Shown here: one piece after another, positions 59,035 through 64,000 of the stretch
Position numbering within the stretch: position 1 is the stretch's first letter
Layout: each line of letters starts with the position of its first letter
Origin: an uncultured cyanobacterium
Lineage (GTDB): Bacteria > Cyanobacteriota > Cyanobacteriia > Phormidesmidales > Phormidesmidaceae
DNA length: 64,000 nt
Direction: 5' to 3'
Assembly (NCBI GenBank): GCA_963793265.1
Contig: CAWBZI010000001.1
Span: 1,120,001 to 1,184,000 of the forward strand
The notes under the pieces: generated by a model
What the model saw: only the letters and a program-made list of their open reading frames with translations
The model's database searches: none
Told to the model about the DNA's origin: nothing
Translations under genes and position numbers: made by a program

Positions 59035-59462
59035 ACAATCAGGTTGTGATAGACGCAGGGCCTTTGGTTGCTTCTATAGATCGTCGAGATGATTTTCATC
59101 AATGGGCTAAGGCAGCTTTAGGCACTGTTCGATATCCTATCTTTACCTGTGAGCCTGTCATCACAGAGTCCTGCTTTCTTTTACGAAAAACTGACGGTGC
59201 AGTACTCAATCTCCTTTCTTTAATCAGCGAAGGACTCATCCGTATTAATTTCTCCGTAGATGAGAATGCTAATGCGTTAAGTGCTTTAATGGCTCGCTAC
59301 AAGTCCGTTCCAATGTCTTTGGCTGATGCCTGTCTCGTCAGAATGGCGGAGCTGAATTCGAGCAGTGTGGTCATGACAATCGATAGCGATTTCACAATTT
59401 ACCGGATGCATCGCAATCAGCCTATTTCGATAATTATGCCGGAAGATCGACAAAGCTATTGA
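59031..59462 (+). CDS. vapC: PIN-domain (VapC) toxin
   Basis: VIDAGPLVA, PVITE, MSLADACLV and TIDSDF motifs. Confidence 0.88.
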   Translation: MNNQVVIDAGPLVASIDRRDDFHQWAKAALGTVRYPIFTCEPVITESCFLLRKTDGAVLNLLSLISEGLIRINFSVDENANALSALMARYKSVPMSLADACLVRMAELNSSSVVMTIDSDFTIYRMHRNQPISIIMPEDRQSY

Positions 59463-62332
59463 TGCTCCAAGACCCACTGATGGAAAAGAGGTACGATGAT
59501 TTTCCATTTACCATCAGCTTCGCTGACAACATCGTGACGCTTCAGCGTCTTAAGCGCTTTATCAATCTCATTTTCTTCGAGTCTGCTCTTTCTGCGAATA
59601 TCTGAGAGGTTTCTACCCTCAATTTTCTCTGCCAGCACTTGCAAAATTTCCTGCTGACCTGGAGCATCTTGAGCAGCTTGTTTCCAAACGCCTGTGAAAT
59701 AGTAGCGGCCTTTGGCGAAAAAGTCACTATGGTAGATAACGGTGTTGAGGTCGTCGAGGGTGAAGATGGGTGAGCGATCGCGGCCCTCATCAAATACCTG
59801 ATGGTTGTAATGACGCACGAGCTGAGAGCCGATGAGCTGAGTAAGGTAGGGCTGGCCTGCCGTGAGCCGATAGATCTCGTTGAGTGTCTCGGGTTTGTAG
59901 TCAAGCGTGAAATCTTCATCAGGGTTGGCGAGCAGTTCGCGAGTTTCGCCTATGCTAAAAAAGCGGATGGGAATGGTTATAACACTGGCGAATAGTGGAT
60001 TGAAGTAGTCTTCAGTCATTTCTTCAAGGGTATGCAGACCTGCAAAGGCAAAGGCAACGTTGAAATATTCCTGTAGCAGACCCCGCAAGAAGCCCAAGAA
60101 GTCGGGACTGAGAGCGTTAGTTGAGATAAGTTCTTCTATTTTCTCGAATTCGTCTAAGGCAATGATTAGACCTTGACCCGGATTGAACTGCTGGCTGATA
60201 GAGCGAATAAAGCGTTGAAAGGTAACAGACGGTAGTCGTAGAAAGTCTTCGTCGGATGGTGGTGAAATTGAGACAGTCTGGCTGATAGCGTCGCTAAGCG
60301 CAATTAAAACTTCGCTTTCTCCTTGGTCTGTAGAGACAGCACCTAAGTTAAGCAAATTTATATAGGCAACTTTAATACTGCTGCCTAAATAGCTCGACAA
60401 ATTTTTAAGAATAGAAGTTTTACCCATACGGCGATGGCCGTAGAGCACAACAGACTGAAGCTGATTGCTCATCAGCCAAAGTTCTTCGAGCTGTTTGATA
60501 ACCTGTCCACGACCTACGAATAGATTTCCTTCTACGGGGTCGCCTGCTACGTATGGATTATGAATAGGCTGTGTATGAGTAATCTCTCCTATGTCGGTTG
60601 CAATAGCTAGTAGTTTTTCTTGCCAAGATTCGGTAATAGAAGCGACTAGCTTTCTTTCAGCTTGAGGAACGCGATCTATTTTTTGAGCGATTTCTGTCAG
60701 CTTGCCGAGGGCTCGATTGAGTGCCAGGGAGCGGTTAGAACGCGAATAGCTTTGATAGACAAGCTGGGCATCATCAACAGTGCTACGGAGGCGAGATATA
60801 GTTGACCATGTATCAGAACGCAGTAGTCGAGAGCTAGGAATAGTCAATATCTCAATTAGTTTGCTGTCATTTAGTTGATCTGCATGTAGAGCAGCCGATA
60901 GGCAATTTGCAAGATGATACATCTCTTCTCCATGAGGCAGATGACGCACTTTTGAGAATGCTTCAGATGACTTAGCAGGCTTATTTTGATACAGATATAA
61001 GAATCCCGCTGCTGTTGCTCGGGCTGGTGTATTGATACGAATAGATGTATCGATATAGGATTGCAATCGTCGCTTTACAGAAGATGGTAGATAGACCAAG
61101 CTCTGAATTGAGCGAGCCTTCAATTCATTAGATAACGACACGGAAACATATCTGATGATATCCCAATCAAAAGGATCGTCTGCTAGCTGCGAAATTCTAA
61201 GCAATAGAACATCACCTGATAGCGTCCTGAGACTACGGTTAATTGCTTTAACGATAGGAATAAACTGTTGAGTGTAAGTTAGTAACTCATTAATATTGTG
61301 GAGAGCAGTCACCCAGTCATGATGCAGCCACTTGAATATCTGAGAAGACAGACCTATTAAAGGGATAGGTGTTACATGTCCGAATTGCTTTGAACGGTGC
61401 GAAGGTATAATCCTTAATAAAGACACTAATATCCATTGATCCGGCCTTAGAATTAATACATTCAAAGCTGCTGCTGGCAAAACATATAATCCTGAAAAGA
61501 ACAAAACAACTAATACAATACCTACAACTACTGTAAATACTGATCCGAGAGGCGGCACCAACATTACAGTAAGTCCAAAGTACGTTCCCGTGATAATTAG
61601 TAAAAGTATTAAAGATAGAATAGATGCGATACTATACGTTAAGTTGATCAAGAAGTATGATGCAATGCTTGTGATTGCACTTGATGAAGCTATAAAAGCA
61701 ATAAGTGCTGGAACAAGGAAGGAGAGTAAAAGAAGCCGTGGCCTTTCTGCTACGAAAGTTGCAAACCCGGATGAGAAAATTTCTGTTAAGCTACTCGATA
61801 TAAATACTTGTGAAACAGCAGCGACAATTAAAAACATAACAATTATTCGTAAGTCATCGCCAGATAATGGCCTAGAGTCCTCAGACCTTTCCAAAGGCGA
61901 GGATTTCCTATTAGGCCTAAGTCTGATCGGGTTTGCGCTAATAAGACCGACTGAAACACCAACCGCAACCGCAAGCGTACATCCGAGTGTGCCAATCACC
62001 GAAGAGTCGATTCTATGAAAGAAGATAAGTCCTATAAGCAAACTAGCTATTGTCAGATATCTCTTGTGCAATCCAAAGTAGCTTTGAAAAGCCCATTGCC
62101 AGTAAGACCAACGTATGTACCAATCTTCACGTTGACTGAGATCTATCTTGTTGAGTTCACTTAAGCGATTAGGCGAGCTGAGGCGACTAAACGATATGAC
62201 GCTCCACCTCAACGCTTGAGGGAAAAAAGCTACCCAGTATAGAAGGTGTACATAATCAAACGGATTCCATAGAGACAAGGGATTGCGACGCTTGGGCGCT
62301 AAATTTAGTCGAGGAACGATGTGCGTGCTCAT
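59456..62332 (-). CDS. Multi-pass membrane protein with C-terminal STAND-like ATPase and winged helix
   Basis: Hydrophobic N-terminal third; NPYVAG..FVGR, GHRRMGKTS, ALDEFE and TAGQPYL motifs. Confidence 0.85.
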   Translation of the reverse strand: MSTHIVPRLNLAPKRRNPLSLWNPFDYVHLLYWVAFFPQALRWSVISFSRLSSPNRLSELNKIDLSQREDWYIRWSYWQWAFQSYFGLHKRYLTIASLLIGLIFFHRIDSSVIGTLGCTLAVAVGVSVGLISANPIRLRPNRKSSPLERSEDSRPLSGDDLRIIVMFLIVAAVSQVFISSSLTEIFSSGFATFVAERPRLLLLSFLVPALIAFIASSSAITSIASYFLINLTYSIASILSLILLLIITGTYFGLTVMLVPPLGSVFTVVVGIVLVVLFFSGLYVLPAAALNVLILRPDQWILVSLLRIIPSHRSKQFGHVTPIPLIGLSSQIFKWLHHDWVTALHNINELLTYTQQFIPIVKAINRSLRTLSGDVLLLRISQLADDPFDWDIIRYVSVSLSNELKARSIQSLVYLPSSVKRRLQSYIDTSIRINTPARATAAGFLYLYQNKPAKSSEAFSKVRHLPHGEEMYHLANCLSAALHADQLNDSKLIEILTIPSSRLLRSDTWSTISRLRSTVDDAQLVYQSYSRSNRSLALNRALGKLTEIAQKIDRVPQAERKLVASITESWQEKLLAIATDIGEITHTQPIHNPYVAGDPVEGNLFVGRGQVIKQLEELWLMSNQLQSVVLYGHRRMGKTSILKNLSSYLGSSIKVAYINLLNLGAVSTDQGESEVLIALSDAISQTVSISPPSDEDFLRLPSVTFQRFIRSISQQFNPGQGLIIALDEFEKIEELISTNALSPDFLGFLRGLLQEYFNVAFAFAGLHTLEEMTEDYFNPLFASVITIPIRFFSIGETRELLANPDEDFTLDYKPETLNEIYRLTAGQPYLTQLIGSQLVRHYNHQVFDEGRDRSPIFTLDDLNTVIYHSDFFAKGRYYFTGVWKQAAQDAPGQQEILQVLAEKIEGRNLSDIRRKSRLEENEIDKALKTLKRHDVVSEADGKWKIIVPLFHQWVLEHQ

Positions 62333-63942
62333 AGCTGCTGCTCTTGCAAACTTGCATAATGCTGATAACAGAGAGTGACTACTTCTCTAGGATTTCCTCG
62401 ACTAACTTGAATAATTCTCGTAATTTCCGATTCAGCAAACTGAACAGACGAAGCTTGCAACCTGTCAGCAATAAAGCTTCGAGTGATACCGTCATCCCAA
62501 GGTTTTATGATTTCTTCCAAGCAGATACCTGATAAAGGAGACACCATATTGCCATCGGCACTGTCAGGAAATAGCCTATCCAATGATTTTGAAGCAGCTA
62601 CGACTAATCGAAGAGGAGCGTCCTTACCTTCTGCTAACCCCCGCAACTGCCCTCTCACCTGATTCGTAAAGCCATCCCAGGTCATTTTCTCTATCTCGTC
62701 TAGAATCAGCAGTAGCCGTTTCGATTTCAGCTCGCGTGCCAAACGAAACCCTTTGCATTCAGGAATACCAGCTTTATCGCATAGGGCATAGTAAAAGTCT
62801 TCCTCGTCTGCAACGTGCCGCAAATCAAGATAGATAGGCTCGCGGTATATTTCTAAAAACTCTTTTGCGTTCGCTTCAACAGCTTTGAGCAGAGAAGACT
62901 TTCCCATCTCTCTACTGCCTATCAGAGCTACACTACTGCCACTATTGAGCGTTTCAAAAATCCACTTCAGCGTCTGCTCACGCCCAAAAAACTGATCCGG
63001 CGAATCAATCCGCCCACCCAAAGGCCCAAACGGGTTAGCATCGCTGACAACAAACGAAACAGCATCCGTCTGCTCTACGCTTCCTTTCTGCGTACCCGAT
63101 AGCAGCGCCTTCAAATCTCGAATCAGCCCTAAAATGATATCAGGCCGATCGTCTGCTGCCGAAATACCCGACTCTATCAACGCCAGCTTATCCATCACCT
63201 GGCCAAACTTTTGCGGCACTTCCTCAGAAACTTCTTTAGCCACCTTTTGCAGATTACTATCGACCGCTTGCAGCGTGACTTGCTGTGCCACTAGCCTGCT
63301 ATCAATTTGAACCAGCATTTGAGTTTCAAAAAAGGCATGTAGCTCAGGATTATCGCTGAGCTGCTTAGCAAAAAAGCCATAGGCGCGGTCAATTAGACCA
63401 TCTTCGGGCTGTGCTAACTTCGCGGCGTAGAGTGGAATGGCGTCTTCTGCTGTAGCGAAATTTGTCAGCGATCGCACCACCTCCAAAGCCGCATCCCGCT
63501 CCCCAAAACCAACAAACCCTTCCAAATCTTGCACAGAAATCTCAGGCAGACACGCCTCCGCCCCTTCCAACGCCTTAATCTCCTGTTTCAGCCAAGCCAG
63601 CTTACTGTCCAGCCAGCGAATATCCGCCTTAACTTCTTTAGAATAAACAGGCTGTCCTCTCCAATGCTTCGGAAAATCTCCAATCAGCTCAACCTTGCAC
63701 TCGGAGCAGATACTGACCAATGCCCGCAAATACGAGAGCCAAAGTGCCTTCCGCAGATCTTCGCTAATAGGCGTCGAAGCTTGCCCCTTGAGCGCATTGA
63801 TCAAACACTCACAAACCCGTACAAACCCAACATCAACCCTATTTCCGACGATTCCGCCTACAGAGGCAGCGACCAGCGCCGTAGGCTGCACTGCATTCAC
63901 CGACGCCCCAACCATTAATGCTAGTAGCCCCGCTAAAGCCAA
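62329..63942 (-). CDS. STAND-like ATPase with hydrophobic N-terminus and coiled coil
   Basis: NPFG..GRI...FFGRE, GSREMGKSS, LILDEIE and SRGNPREV motifs; TTG start with GAGGTG SD; ATGA overlap with the next ATPase. Confidence 0.85.
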   Translation of the reverse strand: MALAGLLALMVGASVNAVQPTALVAASVGGIVGNRVDVGFVRVCECLINALKGQASTPISEDLRKALWLSYLRALVSICSECKVELIGDFPKHWRGQPVYSKEVKADIRWLDSKLAWLKQEIKALEGAEACLPEISVQDLEGFVGFGERDAALEVVRSLTNFATAEDAIPLYAAKLAQPEDGLIDRAYGFFAKQLSDNPELHAFFETQMLVQIDSRLVAQQVTLQAVDSNLQKVAKEVSEEVPQKFGQVMDKLALIESGISAADDRPDIILGLIRDLKALLSGTQKGSVEQTDAVSFVVSDANPFGPLGGRIDSPDQFFGREQTLKWIFETLNSGSSVALIGSREMGKSSLLKAVEANAKEFLEIYREPIYLDLRHVADEEDFYYALCDKAGIPECKGFRLARELKSKRLLLILDEIEKMTWDGFTNQVRGQLRGLAEGKDAPLRLVVAASKSLDRLFPDSADGNMVSPLSGICLEEIIKPWDDGITRSFIADRLQASSVQFAESEITRIIQVSRGNPREVVTLCYQHYASLQEQQL

Positions 63943-64000
63943 ACTCAGTACACCTCATAACAAGCGTCGTTGTTTATAACATAGCTCACTTATCAAACCA

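Larger units (their letters stand above)
1..64000. repeat. Dispersed HIP1 palindrome GCGATCGC
   Basis: Dozens of copies across native genes (e.g. near 1694, 9908, 22023, 55665); scarce in 28800-35900 and absent in 6500-8300. Confidence 0.9.

Noticed and set aside
1..64000. tRNA, rRNA, IS elements, integrases or prophage genes
   Set aside because: None recognised in the sequence or the ORF track.

Overview
Cyanobacterial chromosomal window. The HIP1 octamer GCGATCGC is frequent, and the gene content is typical of a Leptolyngbya-like filamentous lineage. Housekeeping genes (wza/wzc-like EPS export, murG, purQS, acs, DEAD-box helicase, malic enzyme, uvrA, aldehyde dehydrogenase, sensor kinase) alternate with defence and conflict modules. 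The centre holds a complete type I-D CRISPR-Cas locus in the order WYL regulator, DUF433, cas10d (with a probable internal cas11d), cas7d, cas5d, cas3', cas6, cas4, cas1, cas2, Uma2. Two arrays flank it (27 and about 56 repeats); their repeats differ at 6 of 37 nt and their leaders have identically spaced motifs. The most interesting items are: (i) an EACC1-like gene followed by a caspase::FGE/C-lectin fusion split by a frameshift, whose 3' end has the signature of a diversity-generating-retroelement (DGR) variable region, although no RT or template repeat lies in the window; (ii) a promoter-driven leader RNA of about 175 nt with mutually exclusive hairpins just after array 2; (iii) a TIR-coiled-coil gene facing two unannotated coiled-coil micro-ORFs; (iv) a vapBC operon whose ribosome-binding site lies in the terminal CRISPR repeat; (v) a translationally coupled pair of STAND-like ATPases. 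Several frameshifts could be real decay or assembly error. All family assignments come from motif recognition by eye, not from database searches.
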